47,493 nucleotides of DNA from positions 88,981 through 136,473 of the forward strand of contig NW_003314374.1 of assembly GCF_000143415.4 (NCBI RefSeq). Reading direction: 5' to 3'. This DNA comes from Selaginella moellendorffii. Its lineage: Eukaryota; Plantae; Lycopodiophyta. A program made the translations under genes and the position numbers. A model generated the notes under the pieces. That model worked only from the letters and a program-made list of their open reading frames with translations. It was not told where the DNA came from and searched no databases. Shown piece after piece: positions 12,406 through 22,107 of the stretch (the first letter of the stretch is position 1; every line of letters begins with the position of its first letter).

Positions 12406-13974
12406 TCAAAGACCATGAACAATAAGTTTCCCAGCTCTCCTCACATTTTCCAGCGCTTCAAGCATCTGCACGTTCTCAGTCCTGGTAAAGATGCCGTGGA
12501 GTAAGTCGTAGACACTGGCCGTGAATGGGCAGAGCATGTCTTGCATGTAGACAAAGACGTGAGAGATCTCCTCCATCTGGCCCATCTGCTCGTAAGCCCG
12601 GATCATCGTCTCGTACACCCCAGGCGTCCGGTTCACCCCCTTGTCCAGCACTGCCGCGAAAAACTCCACGCACGAATCATAGTACCCGGCCTTGAAGCAC
12701 ACCTCGAGCAGCTCCACGTACACGCTGCCTCGTATCCGGCACGACGAGCACTGCATCTCCTTGAACACCGCGATGGTGTCGTCCCAGCACTGCGCCGCCG
12801 AGAAAGCCTTGATCAAGGTGATGAAGAACTGCTCGCCGAGCTTCACACTGTCGTGATCGATCGTCTTGAGCAGCTCCAGAGCCTTGTCGTAGAGGCCGGC
12901 CTTGCAGTAGAGGCCCAGCATGATCACGTAGCTTGCCTCGTTGGGCCGGTTCCCAGAGCCGAGGATGCAATCGTCGAAGACGCGGACAGCTTCCTCCAGC
13001 TTGCCGGCTCTCACGTAGGACTCAAGCACGCAGTTGAGGAGATAGATGTCGGGCTGGATCTGGCACCCGGCCATGGACTGGAAGAGGTCCTCCACTTGCT
13101 GAGTCTGGCCGGCCTTGGCGTAGACGTTCATCAGGCTGGTATACGCGATCTTGTCCAGCTTGATGCCCTGGAGCTTCATCCGGTTGAGAAGCGTTCGCAC
13201 GATGCTGGACGAGCCGGGTATCTCCTTGCAAACTGAAAAGAGCTGGCTGTACGTCACCACCGTGGGCCTCACTTTGCTGTCCTCCATGTCCTGGAAGATC
13301 TTGAGCGCGTCCATGCCTCGACCATCTCGACTATACACCCGGATCATGAGGTTGCAGATGAAGGAGTTGGGAGCTACGTTGATCTGCTGCATGAGGCCAT
13401 ACCACTTCTCGCAAACTTCCACCTGCTGAGCGTCCGAGGCCTCCTTGATCACGGCCTCGAACAAGCCAAAGTCGAGGTAAAAGCTGTTGTCGTGCATCCA
13501 GTCTACCAGGCTGTTGAGAGCACCCCATTTTCGAGCCACCAGGAGCCTGTGGAGCATCGTGAGCGCAGTGTCCAGATTCAAAGGGACGTCGCCTTGTTTC
13601 CTGGCCCAGTCGAAGAATCCATTTGCCAGCCTCGTGTCGCGGACGAGCTTGAGCACCATGGCAACGTCTCGAGGTGACGAGAGCTTCGTTCTCACTCCAT
13701 CTAGCTTCTCGTCCAGATCTTCCAGGTAAACGGTGTCGTTGAGCACTGCCACCACTTGATTAACTAGCTGGGTGTCGAGAGAAGCCGCTGGAGGGGTGCT
13801 CACGTCGATGGTGTTCTTCCTCGGTTTCCTCTTTCTGTGTCGAATGTGGTAGGCTACGTTGTCAATGCCGCCTCCTGTTCCTTGCGGTGAGGGTTGCGTA
13901 GAGAAGCCCAAACCAGCGACGAACCTCACGGCACCCACGATCTTGTGCAGCCTTCTCGTTGCTCCGGTGAGCAT
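12406..13974 (-). CDS. P-class pentatricopeptide repeat protein, intronless, 522 aa, probable mitochondrial presequence
   Basis: Tandem 35-aa PPR motifs (e.g. VTYSQLFSVC, IAYTSLMNVYAKAG, ASYVIMLGLYCKAG). The likely ATG at 13974 gives MLTGATRRLHKIVGAVRFVAGLGFST (Arg-rich, acid-free). The ORF-track start at 14316 falls in LpxC intron 4. Confidence 0.9.
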   Translation of the reverse strand: MLTGATRRLHKIVGAVRFVAGLGFSTQPSPQGTGGGIDNVAYHIRHRKRKPRKNTIDVSTPPAASLDTQLVNQVVAVLNDTVYLEDLDEKLDGVRTKLSSPRDVAMVLKLVRDTRLANGFFDWARKQGDVPLNLDTALTMLHRLLVARKWGALNSLVDWMHDNSFYLDFGLFEAVIKEASDAQQVEVCEKWYGLMQQINVAPNSFICNLMIRVYSRDGRGMDALKIFQDMEDSKVRPTVVTYSQLFSVCKEIPGSSSIVRTLLNRMKLQGIKLDKIAYTSLMNVYAKAGQTQQVEDLFQSMAGCQIQPDIYLLNCVLESYVRAGKLEEAVRVFDDCILGSGNRPNEASYVIMLGLYCKAGLYDKALELLKTIDHDSVKLGEQFFITLIKAFSAAQCWDDTIAVFKEMQCSSCRIRGSVYVELLEVCFKAGYYDSCVEFFAAVLDKGVNRTPGVYETMIRAYEQMGQMEEISHVFVYMQDMLCPFTASVYDLLHGIFTRTENVQMLEALENVRRAGKLIVHGL

Positions 13975-13991
13975 TGAAGTTCGGAAGAACC

Positions 13992-15257
13992 CTAAGCGTC
14001 TGAGGATTCTTCGTGGGTTCGAAGAAGCGCCTTGCAGAACCTTACGTGCAATGCGTGACTTGCCTGGATTGAAAAGAAAACCAGAAAAAAGTGTCATGGA
14101 CAGCTCAAGTTCTTTCATACCTTGAAGGCGAAGATATGAGCGACGGGGAGACCGTGATGGCCACCTCGACAGCACAACGAGATATCGCCCAAGAGGTCGA
14201 GCATCTTGTGTCGGCAAGGCTCGTCCCGGAATCGAAGCGGCGGATTCACCCAGCCAGTTACTTTTCTGTTTAAACAAAGAGAAGACGAAGAGATACGAAA
14301 CGAGAAAGGAACACATGATCTTACTTGCAGATCAAAGCGTTCTCTCGACTTCCTCCTTGGATCAGCTTTGCTCCTCTCAGCATTTCAATCTGCGAAAATA
14401 GAAACTTTTGAAGTGTCTAGAGGAACAAATGTGACCTGCTCATATAAACCGAAGGTCCGAGCCGGAGCAACCTCTTCGCGAAAGGAGCAAGAATCCGGAA
14501 AGTAAGTGAAGCACTGAGTTCCAATCGCAGGATGCTAAATCCAAAAGATGTAAGTGATCGATCAACAAAAAGAGACAAGAAAGAGAGTACCTCGCGAAAA
14601 TCGATACAGTACGTAAGCATGGAGGTCGAAGCTGGGAAAGCCGCTACAAACGAGTCCGATTCCGGGTTCCCGACATGGACTGGAAACTTAGGCTTGAACC
14701 TCTTTCTTCTAGCAACAGCATTCCCATCCTTGTCTTTGGCAGCACAGATCCCAGCGCGATCGATTGCTTCCACCCACGGCAACGCCGATCCATCCAGCAA
14801 AGGCACCTCGTCATTCCCTTCCAGATGAATCCGGCAGTTGTCCACGCACAAGCCCTCCAAGGCCGCTAGAACATGCTCCACCGTGCGTATCCTCCCCACG
14901 CGAGTACTCAGCTTGCAAGCCTCCGGCACCACAAATTCTGCCGACGCTGGAATCGTGTAGTCCCTTGGATCTTCCCGGAGCGTGAAGAATCTCCCAGCGC
15001 CGGCTCGAGCAGGGAAGATCGTCACGCGCGTCTCCTTGCCAGTGTGTAATCCAATGCCGGATCGCGTCACCGGGGTCACGATCGAGGTCTGGAACGCTGG
15101 CTGCGACGAAATATCAGAGTAGATCCCAGGCGCTGGATCTATCGCTTACCTCTTCGCGCAGGCAGGGAGGAGTGGATTGCGCTCCTATCGCCAGAGCTCG
15201 CGTTGCCAGCGCCAGCGCCCTCGCCCTCGCCCTTGCCCTGGAAGAAGGCGCTAGCAT
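13992..15257 (-). CDS. LpxC: UDP-3-O-acyl-N-acetylglucosamine deacetylase, 6 exons, 332 aa
   Basis: Exons 15257-15150, 15100-14591, 14534-14436, 14389-14325, 14265-14121 and 14063-13992; all GT-AG, 999 nt, phases consistent. Motifs [51 protein letters not shown] (Zn-binding HKxxD) and FKASHALH. The N-terminus [20 protein letters not shown] resembles an organellar presequence. Confidence 0.95.
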
Positions 15258-15535
15258 TATTTTGAAAAACCGCAAGAGTTAGGATTCTAGGGTTCTTGGG
15301 GATACCGGTTGTTCTTCTACGGAGAGGCGCCGGTAGAAGGTCCAGGGGGCACTGCCGCTGATCGATCATCGATGGGGCAAACAGGCATGGTTTGGTCTTG
15401 CTGCCAGCGCTGCGGCATTCTGTTTGTTAGAACATCGCCGGTGTCGATGATCTTAGTGAGGAGGAAGGGCGAGGGTTGAAATCTTCTACTCTTCTTCATG
15501 CTCACAGCGAATCTTTGAGAGAAGCAATTTCTAGG
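15258..15535. promoter_or_regulatory. Short divergent (probably bidirectional) promoter region, LpxC / kinesin-4
   Basis: Only 278 bp separate the two head-to-head ATGs. Confidence 0.6.
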
Positions 15536-18500
15536 ATGGATTCCGGCAAGCCGCCGCTCGCCGGGGTCAAGGATGCCGTGCAAGTGGCCGTGAACATCCG
15601 GCCTCTCATCGGATCGGAGCTCTTGCAGGGCTGTAGGGATTGCATCAATGTTGTCGCTGGAGAGCCTCAGGTATGTTCTTTCGAGATTTCGATGCTCATT
15701 CTTTCTGGAAACCATCACAGATCCAGCTCGGGACGCATTGTTTCACGTTTGATTACGTCTATGGCACTACCGAGTCATCGTCGTCCAAGATCTTCAAGGA
15801 GTGCGTAGCTCCGCTTGTGGATGGGCTCTTCTATGGCTACAATGCTACTGTTCTTGCGTATGGCCAGGTACTAGAGAGAATGCAAAGTTGATACGAGCGT
15901 TAGAAGTTTTATTCTTTCCTTCTATCAAAACTTATGTGGCAGACTGGTTCTGGGAAGACATACACAATGGGAACAGGGTACACTCCTGGAGGGAACAATG
16001 GAGGAGTTATCCCCCAAGTCATGGAGAAGATTTTTAACAAAGTCCACCATCTCAGGAATCAAACGCACTTCCACATCCGAGTCTCGTTTATAGAGGTAAT
16101 ATCATTTTGTTCATCAGCTTTGATTTGCATGAATGCTACTAAAAGTCTATGTTCTTGTAGATATTGAAAGAAGAAATCCACGACTTGCTTTGCGAAACAA
16201 CAGTTACGAAGCAAGACACAAGTGGGATGAAGACGCCGCTGCTAACAAGACCATCAATTCAAATTCGGGAAAGCACTGCTGGAGAGATCAACCTTGCTGG
16301 CATCACAGAAACCGATGTTCACACCTTGCAAGAGATGGCGTCGTGTTTAGCTCAAGGTTCTCTTTCCCGTGCGACCGGAAGCACGAATATGAATTCTCGT
16401 TCAAGGTTTGTTCTGTGTTTTCTGTCTCTAGTTTTCTTATTGATTGGTAAAGTATTGCAGCCGTTCGCATGCTATCTTCACCATCACTTTGGAACAGAAG
16501 AAAAAGCACCGTGAGAAGAGCTCTTCCTCTTTTGATGCTGCATGCGATGACTTTCTGTGTGGAAAGCTTCATCTTGTGGACCTTGCTGGGTCTGAGCGGG
16601 CAAAAAGGACTGGAACTGATGGGATGCGTTTTAAAGAGGGTACGCATTGCATGGCTGCCATCGTTAAGAAGTTGTCATCATCCATTTTTTTTGTTCTTGT
16701 AGGTGTTCATATCAACAAAGGTCTTTTAGCTCTTGGGAATGTAATTAGCGTTCTTGGAGAGGACAAGAAGCGAAAGGAACCAAGACATGTGCCGTACAGG
16801 GATAGCAAGCTCACTCGACTTTTACAGGTTTGTGGGAATCACTTTGAAGTCCTGTGATGATTTAATAAGTGCCTCGTGACAGGATTCACTTGGTGGTAAC
16901 AGCAGGACTGTGATGATAGGTATACAGCCTTGGCGATTTGTTTCCTTTTTTCTAATCTAAAATCCTTTTCGCAGCTTGTATCAGTCCGGCTGATTCAAAT
17001 GTCGAGGAAACTCTTAATACTTTGAAGTACGCAAATCGGGCAAGAAATATCCAAAATAAACCAATTGTGAATAGAGATCCAATCGGGACAGAGATGCAGA
17101 AACTGCGACAGCAGCTCAATCTCTTACAGGCAGAGCTTGTTTGTGCTCGTGCAAGTGAATGCGCACCTACAGTTCTTGAGGTAAGGTCTTTTACAAAATC
17201 TAGCAAACATAATTGAAATTGAGTGGCTTCGTAGGTTTTGAAGCAAAAGCTCTCTTCGTTGGAGGCTAGCAATGAAAAACTACGCAGGGAGTTAATGGAG
17301 TCGCAAGAAAGCTGTAACAGTCTTTGTCAACGTGCTCTTGATGCTCAAGTGGAGCGTGATAGGCTCTTACAGGAAGTTGAACGTCGTCCAACATCTGGTT
17401 ATGACGAGCACACAGCTGAGGTAGAACGATCTTGTTTTTTCTTGTCTCTCGGTTTAATCTAATTGCTCGATTGCAGCCTACCAGCTTGCTGCAGAGTTAC
17501 ATGAGAACAATTCATGATTTAGAAGCAGAGCTACAGCTGTTACGCACGTCGTGTTCTGGCGATGTTCGCCGCGTTTCAACTTCATCCGATGGAGGGTGCT
17601 CCGACATCGTTGACGGAAACCATGGTCTTCTATCAGAAACACCTGCTTAATGTCGCATCTGATTGAGAATTATGCAGACGTTTTTGAGGAGGATGCCATG
17701 ACTGCTAAGGAGGTGGAGCATCATCTGTTTCTAAGGGAGTGTATGGATAAGGAACTTCAAGAGTTGAATATGCAGCTGAAGGAGAAAGAGGTAAACTTTA
17801 ATTTTTAGAAACTGTGGCCAGGATTTTGAGATTTTCTTTTGAAAACATGATTTTTATCCGATGGTTCACAACCTGATCTTGTACTCTGCAGGCAGAGATG
17901 ACTCGAGTTGCAAACAATGATGCTGCTGTACTCAAAGACCATTTCGATAAAAAAATACTGGAGCTTGAAGAGGAGAAGAAGAAGCTTCAGGTAAACTAAG
18001 CATTAGTCTTCTGTTTCTAATAATTTGAAATTATCAGATGGAGAAAAAGCTATTGTCGTCGGAGCTCGAATCACTTCATTCCTCTTCGGATGAACAGACC
18101 AAGAGGATTCAGAGTTCGTACGCACAGAAGTTGAAAGATCTGGAAACTCAGGTCCTATATTCTCTTACACACTTTTTTCTCCTTTTTATTTTTATTAATT
18201 GTTTTCTTTCTGGTAGATTTCTGATTTAAAAAAGCAGCAAGAAAAACATGCACAACTTTTGAGACTCAAGCAACGGAGTGATGATTCGGCGCAACGATTA
18301 GAGAATGAGATACACCGAATCAAGCAGCAGAAGGCAATGTTTTCTACCGGGCAGATTTTCAGTTGGACTTACTTTGCAAGCTTACCATCTCCAGGTGCAT
18401 TTGCAAAACCGCATAAAGCAAGAATCTGAACATTTTAGGACATGGAAGGCTTGCCGGGAGAAAGAACTAATGCGCTTGCGCAAGGAAGGTAGACGGAATG

Positions 18501-19787
18501 AGTATGAGATGCACAAGCTACAGACCTTGCATGAAAGGCAAAAACAGGTGAAGGAAGGTGTTTATTGTCACCACCATTTTAACATTTTGGCCTTTGCAGG
18601 TACTGCATAGGAAAACTGAGGAAGCAGCCACAGCTAGTCGAAGGCTTAAAGAAGTCCTTGAAGCTCGAAAACAGGAAGCTCGTGAAAACCATGTGTCAGG
18701 AACACCCGCTAAACTGACTGCGAAGACATTTCAGGTTTGCTTCAGGCGTCTCTTGGTTTGTTACTAAGCATTGATTTCAACTTTTGTAGCAATGGTTTGA
18801 TAACGAACTAGAAAGTGCTGTTAGGCTGCGAGAGGCGAGGCTTGCTTACGAGAAGCAGAATGCTTTGTAAGCACACTGGTCTCTCTTGGTTCAAATATTA
18901 ACTTTTCTCTTTCAGCCAAGAGGGAGATGCGCGTTCGGACGCTCAGAACGCACCAACGAGGTATGCATTGCTTTGTCTATTTGGATTTTTCAGCTCATAA
19001 TCGTTTCGCAACAGCCCGTGCGACACGGAGGGTCTTTCGGTATCATCTTTCTCGAATGGACGTATTGATTCGTTGGAGAGGACGAGCACGGCAATTACCA
19101 TCTCGACCACGGCATTAGATTTAGAAGAGGAACAATATAGAGTCAGGGGACCAGTTCGGTGGCAGCAAGTGCGTACTCTTGGAGATGCCAAGGATCTACT
19201 CAACTTCGTTTTCAACGTTGCAGCCTGTGCAAGGTTATTGAACGGAATCCCTGGACGTTTTCTAACAACAGTAGTTTTGTGATGTGCTGCAGATGCCAGC
19301 TAAGTGATAGAGAACACGAAAATAAAGAACTCAATGAGAAAATCAATCTCTTGCTGGATGAACTGCGGCAAACGGAGTGTCAGAAGAAGCAACTAGAAGA
19401 GCTGATGCCCACGACCGCCAATAATACTGGTGTGTCGGATGCTCATGCGGACGAGCTCCTCCGGCTTGATATTGGGGGACTTTTGGAGGAGCAAGTTATG
19501 AGTTTCTCCAATCCAGACGAACTTGGAGACGGGGTAAGTGCGCCAAATTGTGTGTGTGTGTGTGTTTTAGCAGTGTCTTCTTTTCTTTGCAGGCATGCCA
19601 GAGCATAGAACCAAATCCAGAGAGCTCAGGAAGGACTTGGAAATGGAGGAAAAGTGGCACTCCAAAGTGGCCGCTCCAGTTCAAGTGGAAGTGGCAAAAG
19701 CCTTGGCGGATAGCTCAGTGGACGCAAAAGAACGAGAAAGCTATAAGGCCGGCTTCCAGTGCGCTCAGGGTCCTGGACATGATTTGA
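15536..19787 (+). CDS. Kinesin-4 family motor, FRA1/KIN4A-type, about 21 exons
   Basis: [10 protein letters not shown]; P-loop YGQ|TGSGKT split by an intron; NSRSSRSHAIF; [13 protein letters not shown]; [14 protein letters not shown]; [15 protein letters not shown]; coiled-coil stalk ([12 protein letters not shown]); C-terminal [11 protein letters not shown] motif typical of plant KIN4A-type proteins. Stop TGA ends at 19787. Confidence 0.95.
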
Positions 19788-19888
19788 TTCCGGGAGCTCC
19801 TTTTTACAAGTTTTTCTACTCGAGTTTTAGCATCCCAGAGCAGGCATATTTTGACCAGAGTCAACAGTTGACCATGAAGTTTAAATTG

Positions 19889-21616
19889 TCAACGCATTTG
19901 AGACCAGAGTGCCACCCCGGCAACGCTCCGGGCATCGAAGGGTCCGTCTAGAGCATATTCTAGCGCATTTTCACCCAGGATGGCATCCCCTTGCTCCCTG
20001 CAAGCTCCCGCCATGGACATCCACGCCATGGAGCTGGGCTGGTACGGCATAGACCCGGCCAGCTCGGCGGCCGTACACACCTCCCCGGAGCGCGCGAGCA
20101 TGTCCACCATGCACACGAAATGCCTGGCCCCCGGCTCCACGCCGTACATGGACCACATGGACACGAAATACGCCCACCCCGTCCGTACGAGGCCCGCGTG
20201 TGCGCACGCCGCCAGGACGTTAATGAAGGTCACGCCGTCGGGGGCCTCGCCGTGGAGCACCATGGCGTGGAATATCCCCAGCGCATCCCGCAGATGCCCG
20301 CTCTGGGCATATGCCGCCAGCATCGCGGTCCAGGTGACGCGATCCCGGGAAGATTCCATAGCGTCGAAGAGATCCCTGGCCACTTCCAGGTGGCCCATCC
20401 TACCGTACATGGACAGTAGCGCGTTGTGGGCCTGGGCGTCGTCTGGCCGTACGCCGCTGGCCAGGAGCTCGACATGGACGAGCTTGCCCTCGCGCTCGGC
20501 GGGCACGGCAGCGCAGGCATCGATCGCGGCCACAAATGTCTCGCGCACTGGATTGATCCCTTCCACGATCATGAGCTTGAAGAGATCCAAGGCCTCGCTG
20601 GGCCGCGCGCTCTGGCAGTAGCCAGAGATCATCGCGTTCCAGGCCACCGTGTCTCGATCGGGCATTTGATCGAAGATTTCTCGGGCACAGTCGATCTCGC
20701 CAAGCTTGTTGTAGCCTGAGATGATCGTAGTCCAAGAAATTGGATCAGGATGAGGCATGCGAGCCAGCAATCGCCGAGCTTCCTGCATTTGCCCTTTTTG
20801 GGCATATGCGGAAATAATCACGTTATAAGTCGCGGCTTCCGGGTCTTGGACCCGATCGAAGAGATTCCTTGCTTCTCGGAGATCGTCATCGCTGCCGCCA
20901 ATGTATGCGGCGATTATTGTCGTCCAGGATGTGGAGTCCTTGCTTGCGATGCGATCGAACATCCAGCGAGCGCGAGAAATATCCCCTATTTGGGCATATG
21001 CCGCGAAGAGGATCGTCTGCGCGACCACGTCCTGTTGTTGCAACCCATTGAAAATTTCTTGCGCGCGATCGATCCGCCCTTGAGCTACACAAGCAGCCAT
21101 GATCGAGGTGGAAGAAACGAGACCGAATTGTGGTGATCGATTAAGCAGCGCCATCGCGAGATCCAAATGCCCAGATTGGGCAAGCGCTGTGATTATCGCG
21201 TTCCAAGACACTGGATCTCTCTCCGGGCACTCACAGAAGAGATCGCTCGCCGCTACAACTCTATCCGCCCTCGCCAGCGCCGCTATCACCGTGTTGTACG
21301 ACACCACGTCCCGGGCGGGCATCTTGGCAAAGATTCTCTCCGCCTCGCCGGGCTGGGAGTGCCGTACGTGCGCGGCGATGAGAATATTCCAGGAGAAGAG
21401 GTTCCGTGCGGCAGCGATGGCGTCGAAGGCGTTCCGTGCGTCTGCCAGGCTGCCCATAATTCCGTACATTTGGACCAGGGTGTTGGCCAGGAGAGTGTTC
21501 TTTAGGTAGTGCCTGGTCGCGGCAATTTGGACGTGGACGCGGTGGACGTCGATTAGGGTCGCGCAGCGCTGGATCAATCCCAGGTACCTGTGGAGCTCTT
21601 CCTTGGCCAAGAACAT
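19889..21616 (-). CDS. PLS-class PPR protein (many 31-aa S/SS motifs, P-L-S, truncated E domain, no DYW), intronless
   Basis: Repeats such as RDVVSYNTVIAAL, RDPVSWNAIITAL and RDTVAWNAMISGY; PDGVTFINVLAACAHAGLV..G..YF.SM...YGVEP...HFVCMVDMLARSG; ends soon after MPYQPSSMAWMSMAGAC. Confidence 0.92.
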   Translation of the reverse strand: MFLAKEELHRYLGLIQRCATLIDVHRVHVQIAATRHYLKNTLLANTLVQMYGIMGSLADARNAFDAIAAARNLFSWNILIAAHVRHSQPGEAERIFAKMPARDVVSYNTVIAALARADRVVAASDLFCECPERDPVSWNAIITALAQSGHLDLAMALLNRSPQFGLVSSTSIMAACVAQGRIDRAQEIFNGLQQQDVVAQTILFAAYAQIGDISRARWMFDRIASKDSTSWTTIIAAYIGGSDDDLREARNLFDRVQDPEAATYNVIISAYAQKGQMQEARRLLARMPHPDPISWTTIISGYNKLGEIDCAREIFDQMPDRDTVAWNAMISGYCQSARPSEALDLFKLMIVEGINPVRETFVAAIDACAAVPAEREGKLVHVELLASGVRPDDAQAHNALLSMYGRMGHLEVARDLFDAMESSRDRVTWTAMLAAYAQSGHLRDALGIFHAMVLHGEAPDGVTFINVLAACAHAGLVRTGWAYFVSMWSMYGVEPGARHFVCMVDMLARSGEVCTAAELAGSMPYQPSSMAWMSMAGACREQGDAILGENALEYALDGPFDARSVAGVALWSQMR

Positions 21617-21937
21617 CAAAGCATTGATTGATCGATCGATTGAGAAGAGAAACTATGGATGGATTGATAGACTTGGAAGAATGTATCGCATGCAATCAGA
21701 TAAGCGCTCGCGCAGCCATTTTGACGTAGAATCTCTCTCTCTCTCTCTCTCTGTGTTCCTTAGAGAAGACGTAGCGTAGCGTCTTTGCGGGCGGATTCCA
21801 AGAGCCTACGCTCAATGCGGTTAATTTCCAAAAGAAAGACGCCACCATCAACAACAACAAAGCAAACGCAAACGCACACACAACCATCACACGAAGAAGG
21901 CAAAAAAATGAGATAAAAATTCGGGCAGGGCCAGGGC

Positions 21938-21945
21938 TAGGGTTT
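21938..21945 (+). promoter_or_regulatory. Telo-box (TAGGGTTT) in the PPR/WD40 divergent intergenic region
   Basis: Exact reverse complement of AAACCCTA, about 160 nt upstream of the WD40 ATG. A (CT)n tract lies at 21733-21752. Confidence 0.4.
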
Positions 21946-22107
21946 GCCAGTTTCTTTGGAGGGCGAAGGCGCTAGAGGGCAGCGGCGAGCGCCTCGACAT
22001 CGGGCCAGGTTTGGGGATTTTGGATTCGGTGTGGCCGCAGCGAGCAAGGCGAAGATCCGTCGCGGCGGCGCCCCGGTTTATGGGATAGAGGGGGCTGTGC
22101 CCGTTTC

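Noticed and set aside
13975-14316. 636-aa PPR starting at 14316 as given in the ORF track
   Set aside because: That start lies in LpxC intron 4 and the extension overlaps conserved LpxC exons; it is kept only as the splice-switch hypothesis.
13992-15257. LpxC as bacterial contamination or recent horizontal transfer
   Set aside because: It has five spliceosomal introns, a presequence and plant-type motifs; nuclear LpxC is established in land plants.
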